Source of the DNA: Thermoplasmataceae archaeon
Lineage (GTDB): Archaea; Thermoplasmatota; Thermoplasmata; Thermoplasmatales; Thermoplasmataceae
Assembly (NCBI GenBank): GCA_046705445.1
Contig: JBJKQJ010000181.1
Span: 1 to 33,022 of the forward strand
Direction of reading: 5' to 3'
Length of the DNA: 33,022 nucleotides
The notes under the pieces: generated by a model
What the model was told of the DNA's origin: nothing
Seen by the model: only the letters and a program-made list of their open reading frames with translations
Database searches by the model: none
Shown: in pieces, positions 7,882 to 16,371 of the stretch
Numbering within the stretch: the first letter of the stretch is position 1
Layout of the letters: every line of letters begins with the position of its first letter
Made by a program: the position numbers and the translations under genes

Positions 7882-8979
7882 ATGGAGAAGAGAGGTTCAG
7901 CGGTACTTCCCTTACACTACGGCCATCCGCCTGAATATCTTTATAAGAGAATGGTAAAGCTGGGTGGCGTAGTGGCTGAAACAATCATTGAAAAATTTGG
8001 GGTAGACCGCCTTCTTGAAAACTTTTCCGATCCTTTCTGGTTCCATTCTTTATCGCTTGCAATAGGTTTTGACTGGAATTCCAGTGGAACAACTACTGCT
8101 ACACTCAGCGCATTAAAGGAATTCTATTCCTCCAACAATAAGGAAATATTTATTCTTGGAGGCAAGGGGAAAAAACTTGGAGGCATATCTTCTGAATTTG
8201 AGAAAATAGTGAAGGAAGGAATTATTTCTGAATCAAAAGCTTACAAAGTAAGAGAAGACATTAGGAGGGTTGCAAAAGTTGACAACAACCTTCTGCAGGA
8301 CGGATTTGATCTTTATATGCAGTTCCTTGTAATGAATTCTTCAGGCAAATGGGTGGTGGTGCAGCAGGGGATGAACCCTGAGCAGAGAATGGCCAGGAGA
8401 TACCACTGGATTCATAAAACGGGCCTAGATTTCCTGAATGATGGCAGGAAAGGCATTTCTGCTGAAGCAATCCAAGATTCCGTTATGGATCTGTCAACAT
8501 CTGGAAGCAACAATCACAGGGGCAGTATGCTGGAAGTGGTGAACGACAACCCCAAGAGGTATTTTGCCAGGCTTTCCCAGGGAAATCAGTCTACACTGGA
8601 CAACTACAGGGACGATTCTCCAATCCTAAGAATGGATTACAGGATCAACTGGGATAAAATGAGATCTCTTTACGAGTATCAACCTTCAGATTTTTCTGAA
8701 CTTGCCTTCATGAAAGGAATAGGGAAGTCAACAATACGGGCAATTTCATATCTGGCTGAGCTCATTTATGGGTCAGAGCCTTCTTTCAGGGACCCTGTAA
8801 AATACTCCTTTGCTGTAGGCGGTAAAGATGGTGTACCCAAACCAATCAATGTTCACGATTATGATAAGGTTCTGGAATTTTACAGGGAAGTTCTCAGGGA
8901 CACTTACTCGGGTCAGAAAATCCTCGACGGGTTTGTCAGAAAACTCGCAAGGTATAGTTACGCGCAGACATCGTATTAA
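7882..8979 (+). CDS. DUF763-like protein with a C-terminal helix-hairpin-helix motif
   Basis: 365 aa. The N-terminus LPLHYGHPPEYLYKRMVKLG...FWFHSL...DWNSSG resembles the DUF763 family as I remember it. HhH-like LAFMKGIGKSTIRAISYL is encoded at about 8701-8760. Confidence 0.6.
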   Translation: MEKRGSAVLPLHYGHPPEYLYKRMVKLGGVVAETIIEKFGVDRLLENFSDPFWFHSLSLAIGFDWNSSGTTTATLSALKEFYSSNNKEIFILGGKGKKLGGISSEFEKIVKEGIISESKAYKVREDIRRVAKVDNNLLQDGFDLYMQFLVMNSSGKWVVVQQGMNPEQRMARRYHWIHKTGLDFLNDGRKGISAEAIQDSVMDLSTSGSNNHRGSMLEVVNDNPKRYFARLSQGNQSTLDNYRDDSPILRMDYRINWDKMRSLYEYQPSDFSELAFMKGIGKSTIRAISYLAELIYGSEPSFRDPVKYSFAVGGKDGVPKPINVHDYDKVLEFYREVLRDTYSGQKILDGFVRKLARYSYAQTSY

Positions 8980-9063
8980 TCTATGTCTATGATTAATAAT
9001 AATCAGATGGAAATCTGCAAAATAGTTAAATAGCCTTTCCCACTATGTCCAAGATTAAAGACA

Positions 9064-12000
9064 ATGCAGCAGCCCTATACTAAAGAGTTCAGAGTTGAAG
9101 AATACCTTCCGTTCCTTGATCCGCACATAGCGGAGTGGTTCAACTCAAAGTACGATGCCCTTACTGAACCTCAGAAAAAGGCTATACCTCTTATCCACAA
9201 TCGGGAAAATGTACTGGTATCCAGCCCAACTGGCACCGGAAAGACTCTTACCGGGTTTATGGCTGTAATTAATGAATTATTTGAACTCTCAAAGTCCAAT
9301 CAGCTCGAAGACCGAATTTATTGCCTTTATATCAGCCCTCTGAAAGCCCTTGCAAACGATATAAACAAGAATCTCAACGCCCCCCTGAAGGAAATATATG
9401 ACCTTTCTGAAGAGAAAGGGGAAAAATTGCCAAGGATCAGGGCAGCGGTAAGATCTGGCGACACCCCTCAGAATGAAAGACAGAAAATGCTCAGAAAGCC
9501 TCCGCATATTCTGATTACAACACCTGAGTCATTCTCACTTGCCCTTTCAGCCCCAAAATTTAGGGAAAAACTGCAGGATCTCAGATGGGTAATTATAGAT
9601 GAAATTCACGAAATATCTTCAACCAAGAGGGGCTCTCTGCTTGCTGCGAACCTTGAAAGGCTCTCCTCGGTCAACAAGGATTTTATCAGAGTGGGCCTTT
9701 CAGCCACTCAGGCACCATTGGACCTTATTGGCACATACCTTTGCGGATATGAAGGAGAGGAAAAGCGGCCCTTCAAGATAATTGAGGTGGACACCAAAAA
9801 GTTCCTTGATCTAAAGACAATAACTCCCGTTGCCGATTTAACAAAGACCAGCTACGAGGTGGCAAATGACCGCATGTATGAAATCCTGGCGGAAATGGTG
9901 AACGAACACCAGACTACCCTTATTTTCACAAACACAAGAAGTGGGACAGAACATGTGGCAATGAGACTCAAGGCAAGGGGAATCGAGAGCATTGAGGCAC
10001 ATCATTCATCATTGGGGAAGGAAACAAGGCTCGAGGTTGAAAATAAGCTGAAAAACGGGGAATTGCGCTGCGTTATAACATCCACATCTCTGGAACTTGG
10101 GATTGATATAGGTTACATAGATCTGGTGGTCCAGATCGGCAGCCCCAAATCTGTTTCAAAGGGTCTGCAACGTATTGGACGGTCAGGTCATAATATCAAT
10201 GATCTGTCAATAGGCAGGTTTCTCGTTTTCGACCTGGATGATCTAATGGAATGTTCTGTTCTCACAAAAGCAGCCTATGATCGTGAAATTGACAAGGTAG
10301 TGGTGCCAACAAACTCTCTGGACGTCCTTTCACAGGTTATTGTCGGTATGTCTCTTGAAAGGCCATGGAAAGTCGATGAAGCATATTCCGTTCTACGGAA
10401 TTCATACAGTTTCCATGAACTGCCATTTGAGGACTTCATGCAGACCATCAACTACCTTTCCGGAAAGATTGAAGATAACGTAATTTACAGTAAAATCTGG
10501 CACGACGAGGAAGAAGGTACATTTGGTAAGAAGAAAAGCACCAGAATGATTTATTTCATGAACATTGGCACGATTCCGGAAGAGGCAGATTACCAGGTTA
10601 TAAGTGAAAAAGGCAGGCATCTGGGCCAGCTGAGCGATAAGTTTGTCGAAAGGCTGAAGCAGGGAGATATTTTCGTGCTGGGTGCAAAGACTTACATGTA
10701 TCAGAGAAGCGTACGAAACAGAGTATATGTAAGAGATGCAACTGGAATGAGACCCACTGTCCCTTCCTGGACGGGAGAAATGCTGCCGAGGAGCTATGAT
10801 CTCGGAGTGCTTGTTGGCGAGTTCAGGAAAGAGGCTCTGAAGCGCATTGAAGCTGGTGAGGATATTAAAGGGTGGCTGATGGAAGATTACCGTCTTGATG
10901 AAAACGGGGCAAACAGCATGATCTCTTATATCAAGACGCAAGCCAAGTTCGATCTGCCAACAGAAGATCATCTGGTAGTTGAAGGATACACTGACACCTC
11001 AGGCCTCTACAGCACAATTTTCCACATTCCCCTTGGGAGAAGAGTCAATGACGCCCTGTCAAGGGCATACGGGCAGGCAATGTCCAATGCTTTTTCCACC
11101 AACACAAGGATTACAGTAACGGATGACGGTTTTATCCTGACGGTTCAGAAAAAGGTTCCCATAAAAGAAATTGTCAAACTGATAGATGGGGATAATTTTG
11201 TAGAGACTGTGTCCCGTTCCATAACCAACACTGAAGTTTTCAAGCAGAGATTCAGGCACTGTGCGGCTCGTTCCCTGATGGTTCTTCGCAAGTACAAAGG
11301 TTATGATATATCAGTTGTCAGGCAGCAGCTTCGCAGCGACAAGCTTCTCAAAACACTTGAAGGAATGAAGAATTTCCCTGTAATCAAGGAAACTTACCAT
11401 GAAATAATGAATGATATGATGGATGTGCCAAGAGCCCTAAAATATGTAAAAGAGGTTATAGAGCCCAAGAAGTACAATACATTTGATTACAGAGCTGAGA
11501 CAAGCCCGTTCTCTTATGGTCTGATCCTGGCAGGGGTATCAGATATGGTTCTCATGGAAGACCGTTCAAAACTCCTGAAAGAACTTCAGGGAAGGATTCT
11601 GGATAAGATTTACGGTTCACAGGAAGTACGGTTCCTCATTCAGGATCAAAGTTCCGTTGATCAGTACTTCAGGTCAAAGGTCCCGGTCGTTGAGGACCTG
11701 GAAAGCTATGAGCAGCTCACAAAGCATTTCCTTCTTTTTGATCCTTTCAGGAACAGGTTCAACAGCCCGTTCCCTTATGCCCAGATCGGAGTATCAGATC
11801 TTACTGAAGAGTTGATTGAGAGCGACACAATTGTATCTTCCTACGTGAGAGGATCTCTCTGGACCCATATTGACCATTATCCCATTGCAAGGAAACTGTT
11901 CGGGGGAGAAGAAAAACTTGACCATTCCACGCAGACTGTTCTCGATTCCTGCCAGAACAAGTCGTTCGGCGAACTTAAGCACGAACTGGAAATGGACGAA

Positions 12001-14202
12001 GGCATCCTGAAGGAATCTCTCAATAGGCTTGAGTCATGGTTCACAATAAGGCGCAGGCTCAAGGGCTCCGTTCAGGTTTACGTCAGGAACGATCTATATA
12101 CAGAAGATATTTCCATTGAAGAAGCAATCAATGCGGCCATAGTCCTGGTTGTTGGAAGCTATGGTCCCCTGACTATGGATGAACTATCCATCAGGTTGCC
12201 GGTCGATCAGGAAATACTCTATCCGGGGCTTGAAAGGCTCGTTGAATCGGGAGAGCTTGTTTTTGATTATGTAACTCCTGTGTTTGCAAAGCAGTACATA
12301 CTCAAAACGGATCTTGACGCATTACTGGGACAGGGCGAAAGCAATGAACTTGAGCTGAGAATACTGGATTTCGCTGATACTGTAAACTCCGTTGAGGAAT
12401 ATTTTGACAGGTTTGGATACGCTTACAGCAAAGAGAGCATAAAGGCCAGGTACTCCGGATTCACAGATGCAGAGCTACAGGAGCTCCTCGATGAAGGTAA
12501 AATTGAACTTGGCAGGTTTGTAAAGAACAGGCTTACTTATGCAGCAAAATGGCTCACTCAGGCCCTATATGATCTCAGGTATGAACCATTCAAGGATGAG
12601 GAAAAGGAATTTCTTGACTACATTCGAAACGGCAATGATACAGAAGAGCTCCTTGCTGAAAGATCAGGCCAGCCGATGAAAATTGTAAAGCAACTGGTCA
12701 AGGCTCTCGAATTCAGGGCTTCTATTGCAAGGAATGAATTGGGGGAACTTCATATTACAAACGGCACAAAGGAACCCAAAGATGCGGTGGCTTCAGTCAA
12801 CAAGATAATCAGTGTTTATGGCCCAGTTTCACGCAGGGAACTTGAACGTACCTTCTGGGCGTACCTCGATAACCAGCTAAAGGGAAGCGGCAACAGGCCA
12901 AAGTACCTCAAGAGTGACCTTTACTACGGCACAAGGAATTTTGAAGTAACAGGAAAAGAAGCAGCTATAGTGCCGGTTAGCGATCCTGTGGAAATTTATC
13001 TGGGAAAGAAGTACCTTTCTGAGATAGATTACAACTCACTCTTTATTTCTGCAGGAAAGGAAGAAGCGTCCCTGAATGCAGAGTTCAACGACGGCGTACT
13101 CTGGATAAGGGACGTGTCGGGAACAATAAGTTCGCCGGAAACATTCTTTGAAGCCATAAAGAAGGTTGCAAAGGGCCACAGTTGCAAGGACATCTTCATA
13201 AAATTACTACCTGAGAATGTTTCACAGGTTGCAAAGAAATATGGCTACACGGAAAAAGGAGATTCGTTTGTATTTGGTGATTCTGAAATTGTTGATATCG
13301 GGGAAGATGACCTGTTTTCATACGCAATAGCTTTCGCGCAGAAGAATGAGGATTCGGTTGTATTTGAGAAACTGAAGGAGTTCAACCTTGGCATAAGGAA
13401 TGAAATCGAAGCTTCTTACATGGGACTAAGGAACGCACTGCTAAGGAATTATTTCCAGTCCAAGCTTTTATTCAACTTCTCCGGTCCTTTTGGCGTGCAG
13501 ACAATGGCAACCATGGATACAGTATCTATTTACAGGGCACTGCGGGGCAGAGAACTTTCAGAAAGCGACCAGAGGGTTGTTCATGCAATAATGGAATACG
13601 GCGGTGCTACCGAATCAGAGATCATAACTCATCTCAGGAAGGATGTGCTGGGCGTCAGGTCGACCCTTAAATCTCTCTATGAAGACTGTGTAATAGCAAA
13701 AGACTCTGACAGAAGGTATGTGTTCGTCCCGGAGAAGTACAGAAAGGATGAGGCAGTTGAAACTATTGTGAAGGTCTTACTGAAGAACCTGGGCTTCCTC
13801 GACAAGGCGAAGTATGAACAAGTGACAGGAAAGCCAATGGACAAAGATTTCTACAACATAATGGAAGTGCTTGTCAAATCCAATAAGGCCGTAAAGGGAA
13901 TAATCCCCGGTGTGCAAAGACTGCTTTACATAAATCCTCAGGCATTGAAGTACAAAGGAAAAGAGTCAAGAGTTCTGATCCCCAAGGATCTGATTCTTCT
14001 TTATTTCCAGGATTACATAAAACGTCAGCTAGGATCCACTAACCTCTATGTGTTTGTTAAGAACGGTGCAATTGTGGCTGGTTTCTCCGCTAAAAAGAAC
14101 CTTAAAACTCTAAAAGTATCCAAAGTGATTGGCGACAGGAACTACAGGGATAAAATGAGGAAGGAAATGAATGAGTTCGGATACGCAGTATCATTTACAT
14201 GA
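9064..14202 (+). CDS. lhr: Lhr-type superfamily-2 helicase, long form (1712 aa)
   Basis: Motif I SSPTGTGKT (about 9222-9248), motif II DEIH (9598-9609), motif III SAT, motif VI QRIGRSGH. Lhr-specific winged-helix/domain-4 signature FKQRFRHCAARSLMVLRKY. A single uninterrupted frame continues about 840 aa beyond the Lhr core. Confidence 0.85.
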   Translation: MQQPYTKEFRVEEYLPFLDPHIAEWFNSKYDALTEPQKKAIPLIHNRENVLVSSPTGTGKTLTGFMAVINELFELSKSNQLEDRIYCLYISPLKALANDINKNLNAPLKEIYDLSEEKGEKLPRIRAAVRSGDTPQNERQKMLRKPPHILITTPESFSLALSAPKFREKLQDLRWVIIDEIHEISSTKRGSLLAANLERLSSVNKDFIRVGLSATQAPLDLIGTYLCGYEGEEKRPFKIIEVDTKKFLDLKTITPVADLTKTSYEVANDRMYEILAEMVNEHQTTLIFTNTRSGTEHVAMRLKARGIESIEAHHSSLGKETRLEVENKLKNGELRCVITSTSLELGIDIGYIDLVVQIGSPKSVSKGLQRIGRSGHNINDLSIGRFLVFDLDDLMECSVLTKAAYDREIDKVVVPTNSLDVLSQVIVGMSLERPWKVDEAYSVLRNSYSFHELPFEDFMQTINYLSGKIEDNVIYSKIWHDEEEGTFGKKKSTRMIYFMNIGTIPEEADYQVISEKGRHLGQLSDKFVERLKQGDIFVLGAKTYMYQRSVRNRVYVRDATGMRPTVPSWTGEMLPRSYDLGVLVGEFRKEALKRIEAGEDIKGWLMEDYRLDENGANSMISYIKTQAKFDLPTEDHLVVEGYTDTSGLYSTIFHIPLGRRVNDALSRAYGQAMSNAFSTNTRITVTDDGFILTVQKKVPIKEIVKLIDGDNFVETVSRSITNTEVFKQRFRHCAARSLMVLRKYKGYDISVVRQQLRSDKLLKTLEGMKNFPVIKETYHEIMNDMMDVPRALKYVKEVIEPKKYNTFDYRAETSPFSYGLILAGVSDMVLMEDRSKLLKELQGRILDKIYGSQEVRFLIQDQSSVDQYFRSKVPVVEDLESYEQLTKHFLLFDPFRNRFNSPFPYAQIGVSDLTEELIESDTIVSSYVRGSLWTHIDHYPIARKLFGGEEKLDHSTQTVLDSCQNKSFGELKHELEMDEGILKESLNRLESWFTIRRRLKGSVQVYVRNDLYTEDISIEEAINAAIVLVVGSYGPLTMDELSIRLPVDQEILYPGLERLVESGELVFDYVTPVFAKQYILKTDLDALLGQGESNELELRILDFADTVNSVEEYFDRFGYAYSKESIKARYSGFTDAELQELLDEGKIELGRFVKNRLTYAAKWLTQALYDLRYEPFKDEEKEFLDYIRNGNDTEELLAERSGQPMKIVKQLVKALEFRASIARNELGELHITNGTKEPKDAVASVNKIISVYGPVSRRELERTFWAYLDNQLKGSGNRPKYLKSDLYYGTRNFEVTGKEAAIVPVSDPVEIYLGKKYLSEIDYNSLFISAGKEEASLNAEFNDGVLWIRDVSGTISSPETFFEAIKKVAKGHSCKDIFIKLLPENVSQVAKKYGYTEKGDSFVFGDSEIVDIGEDDLFSYAIAFAQKNEDSVVFEKLKEFNLGIRNEIEASYMGLRNALLRNYFQSKLLFNFSGPFGVQTMATMDTVSIYRALRGRELSESDQRVVHAIMEYGGATESEIITHLRKDVLGVRSTLKSLYEDCVIAKDSDRRYVFVPEKYRKDEAVETIVKVLLKNLGFLDKAKYEQVTGKPMDKDFYNIMEVLVKSNKAVKGIIPGVQRLLYINPQALKYKGKESRVLIPKDLILLYFQDYIKRQLGSTNLYVFVKNGAIVAGFSAKKNLKTLKVSKVIGDRNYRDKMRKEMNEFGYAVSFT

Positions 14203-14265
14203 AAATTCTGTCATTTGATATTTTCCTGCGCAGAAATTTTATAACCACTTTAAATTCATTCCTCA

Positions 14266-14535
14266 ATGGAAAGTATAGACTTTTACATTTCAGGGCTTTC
14301 GGTGGTCCTTGCCATATTTCTACTGGCAGTGAATATCAGGGCCTACAGGAGATCCTCCATCAGAATGTTCGCATATCTGACTGTGGTTTTCATAGTTCTC
14401 CTGTTCGACGGGCTTGCTGTTCTGACAGTAGGGCTTGGGTTGTTTACCTTGCCCCTGACGAGCACCTCTCTGCTGCTTATATCAAATATCGTAATACTGG
14501 TTCTGTTTTACTACGGGGTAGTGCGAGGTAATTAG
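14266..14535 (+). CDS. Small 3-TM membrane protein
   Basis: 89 aa with three clear hydrophobic helices and an AYRRSS loop after TM1. The stop lies 3 nt before the next gene. The overlapping track ORF 14199-14531 has non-protein-like composition. Confidence 0.55.
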   Translation: MESIDFYISGLSVVLAIFLLAVNIRAYRRSSIRMFAYLTVVFIVLLFDGLAVLTVGLGLFTLPLTSTSLLLISNIVILVLFYYGVVRGN

Positions 14536-14538
14536 GTC

Positions 14539-15045
14539 TTGACGGAGCGCGAATCTCTCAGAAATGAGATAGAAAGAGTCATCTCGGAAAACCCGGGGAT
14601 CCATTTCAGGGAGATTCAGCGTCGTTCAGGTGCAGCCATCGGCCAACTAGAGTACCACCTTTACCAGTTGGAGAGGATGGAAAAGATTTCCATCAAGAAG
14701 GACGGGAAGCTCAAAAGGTATTTTCTGATTGAAGATACTGGTTTTAATGAAAGAAAACTGCTCTATTACCTTAGAAACAGCATATCCAAGGATATACTTT
14801 TTTACCTGATGGAAAACGAATATTCTGCTGTTGACAACTTTCTGAACGGGCGAAAGTCTAGGAAGGAAAAGGTCAAAGCATTAATAGACGACATGATCCA
14901 ACAGGGTATCCTTCATCTGCAGTCAGATGGCGGTGAAAACATAGTTTTCCTAAATGATCCGGAGAAAGTAAAGAAAGTCCTCAGAAGATTCAGGGAGAGT
15001 TTCCTGGATTCAATGAGTTCAAATATACTGTCACTGTTGGATTAA
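14539..15045 (+). CDS. Winged-helix (ArsR-like) transcriptional regulator
   Basis: 168 aa. wHTH segment ENPGIHFREIQRRSGAAIGQLEYHLYQLERMEKISIKKDGKLKRYF. TTG start at 14539 with GAGGT at 14525-14529. The first in-frame ATG would truncate the HTH. Confidence 0.65.
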   Translation: MTERESLRNEIERVISENPGIHFREIQRRSGAAIGQLEYHLYQLERMEKISIKKDGKLKRYFLIEDTGFNERKLLYYLRNSISKDILFYLMENEYSAVDNFLNGRKSRKEKVKALIDDMIQQGILHLQSDGGENIVFLNDPEKVKKVLRRFRESFLDSMSSNILSLLD

Positions 15046-15049
15046 TTAA

Positions 15050-16045
15050 TTAAAAGCGTCTTCTTCTGTATGATGCGTATGTGAACCCTATTAATGCTGC
15101 TCCAGTGACAATTCCGGCAGTAAAAAGCTCTATGTGCAGAATTATGAATTCTGTGGCGTTCTGGATGTCCTTCTGGAGAATTGGGTTATTGAACAGGTTT
15201 ATCTGAGGGATTGAAAAGTACGGGTCTTCTATGATTGAACTCAGGCCATTCTGGAACTGGAATTTGAAGATAAGTGTGTCAGTGTTTCCCACAATACTCC
15301 TAGAGGCTGTGAGATTAGCCGGGTGGCCATTCAGTGTGTAGGAAGGATCCCACCAGAAATAAGCGTCGTAGTTAGTGCTTGTGACACCTATTGCTGAAGT
15401 GTTAAGCTTGGAAAGGTTTTGTGAAATCTGAGCAAGTTTATGATATCTCTCGAAACCATTGTTTATCTTGGCGCCAAGCTGCTGGATCAAAAGCAAGTCT
15501 CCAGGACCAGTTATCTGGTTCGAGCTGATGGAAAACGATAGCTTGAATCCTGTAAGATTTGTAGAATTGTTGGTCCCATTCAGAGGGCTTTCAATGTAAA
15601 CCTTGTTCATAGAAACCGACACATTGGCCTGCAAGTTCTCCATTTCAGGTACATCTCCTTCACTACCGTTGGTCTGCTGGTTAAGGTTGGTTATGTTGAA
15701 TTGCTTCTGAATAAGTCCCACATGCTGCGTATCAAGGTGGTTGAATATCACACTGGAATCATAATTCATGCTATTGTTGGAGGCCCTTGTAACCACCCAC
15801 TTCTGGGCCGGGAAGTATGAGAAATAAACTCCGGTCCCCGTCAGTAGCACAAGACCCACATAAGAAACATTGAAGCTGGCATTCTTTGTAACAGTCACAT
15901 ATACTTGTGGAAAGTGCGTAAACCGGAGATCGTTTTCAGGGTTATGCCCCGGTGTGCCCGAATCATCTGCAGAGGCTATCGGCAAAGCGATTAATACCCC
16001 TATCAGCAATAATGCCAGAATGCGTTTCAATGAAAAAGTATTCAC
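15050..16045 (-). CDS. Surface-exposed membrane-anchored protein, probable N-glycoprotein
   Basis: 331 aa. N-terminal signal (LLIGVLIALPIASA), about 14 N-x-S/T sequons, a C-terminal TM helix (FTAGIVTGAALIGFTYASY) and a basic RRRRF tail. No family recognised. Confidence 0.6.
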   Translation of the reverse strand: MNTFSLKRILALLLIGVLIALPIASADDSGTPGHNPENDLRFTHFPQVYVTVTKNASFNVSYVGLVLLTGTGVYFSYFPAQKWVVTRASNNSMNYDSSVIFNHLDTQHVGLIQKQFNITNLNQQTNGSEGDVPEMENLQANVSVSMNKVYIESPLNGTNNSTNLTGFKLSFSISSNQITGPGDLLLIQQLGAKINNGFERYHKLAQISQNLSKLNTSAIGVTSTNYDAYFWWDPSYTLNGHPANLTASRSIVGNTDTLIFKFQFQNGLSSIIEDPYFSIPQINLFNNPILQKDIQNATEFIILHIELFTAGIVTGAALIGFTYASYRRRRF

Positions 16046-16092
16046 ACAACTAAAATAAAATTTTTTGGTACAATGGTGTCATTGGACACCGA

Positions 16093-16251
16093 TCAGGCAA
16101 ACTCTTCCTGAAGCTCTATCATAACAAGGTTTAGAACTTCCTCAAAAGTAACTCCAGTGTATTCTCTGAGCCCGCCCATTTCCGTTCTGAGTTTTGCCAC
16201 AAACTGGTCATCTTCAGTGTCAAATTCAATGTTGCAAATAAGTTCCTGCAT
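16093..16251 (-). CDS. Small ORF (52 aa) with a HicB-N/UPF0150-like pattern; below the ORF-track length cutoff
   Basis: Codon-by-codon hand translation gives MQELICNIEFDTEDDQFVAKLRTEMGGLREYTGVTFEEVLNLVMIELQEEFA, ending in TGA. It resembles the I-x-I-E-x-D..D..[FY]-V-A....G.....G-x-T-x-E-E-[AV]-L pattern of HicB-like antitoxin N-domains. TTTATAAA sits at 16281-16288, about 30 nt upstream. Confidence 0.4.
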   Translation of the reverse strand: MQELICNIEFDTEDDQFVAKLRTEMGGLREYTGVTFEEVLNLVMIELQEEFA

Positions 16252-16280
16252 AGTAGCTACCTTTTTGTCGAATTTCGAGG

Positions 16281-16288
16281 TTTATAAA
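16281..16288 (-). promoter_or_regulatory. TATA-box candidate for the 52-aa ORF (near-leaderless geometry)
   Basis: TTTATAAA lies about 30 nt upstream of the ATG at 16251 on the minus strand, in an otherwise gene-free 120-nt spacer. Confidence 0.35.
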
Positions 16289-16371
16289 AACCTTTTCAAT
16301 AAATAATTTTCAAGCACGCACAAGTCACACTTCTGTATGGGTGAATTTGTGGAATAAAGTGACATCGCAGG

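Noticed and set aside
10402-10971. 189-aa antisense ORF inside lhr. Similar long antisense ORFs occur at 17503-17970, 18029-18529, 21985-22536, 26104-26604, 27772-28140 and 29354-29812.
   Set aside because: Each lies opposite a confidently assigned gene with strong family motifs. Their translations are low-complexity or Ser/Leu/Pro/Cys-biased, with no recognisable motifs, which is typical of shadow ORFs.
14199-14531. 110-aa ORF overlapping the lhr stop
   Set aside because: The other frame (14266-14535) gives three clean TM helices and is coupled to the wHTH gene. The 14199 frame is Arg/Ser/Cys-rich with no structure-like pattern.
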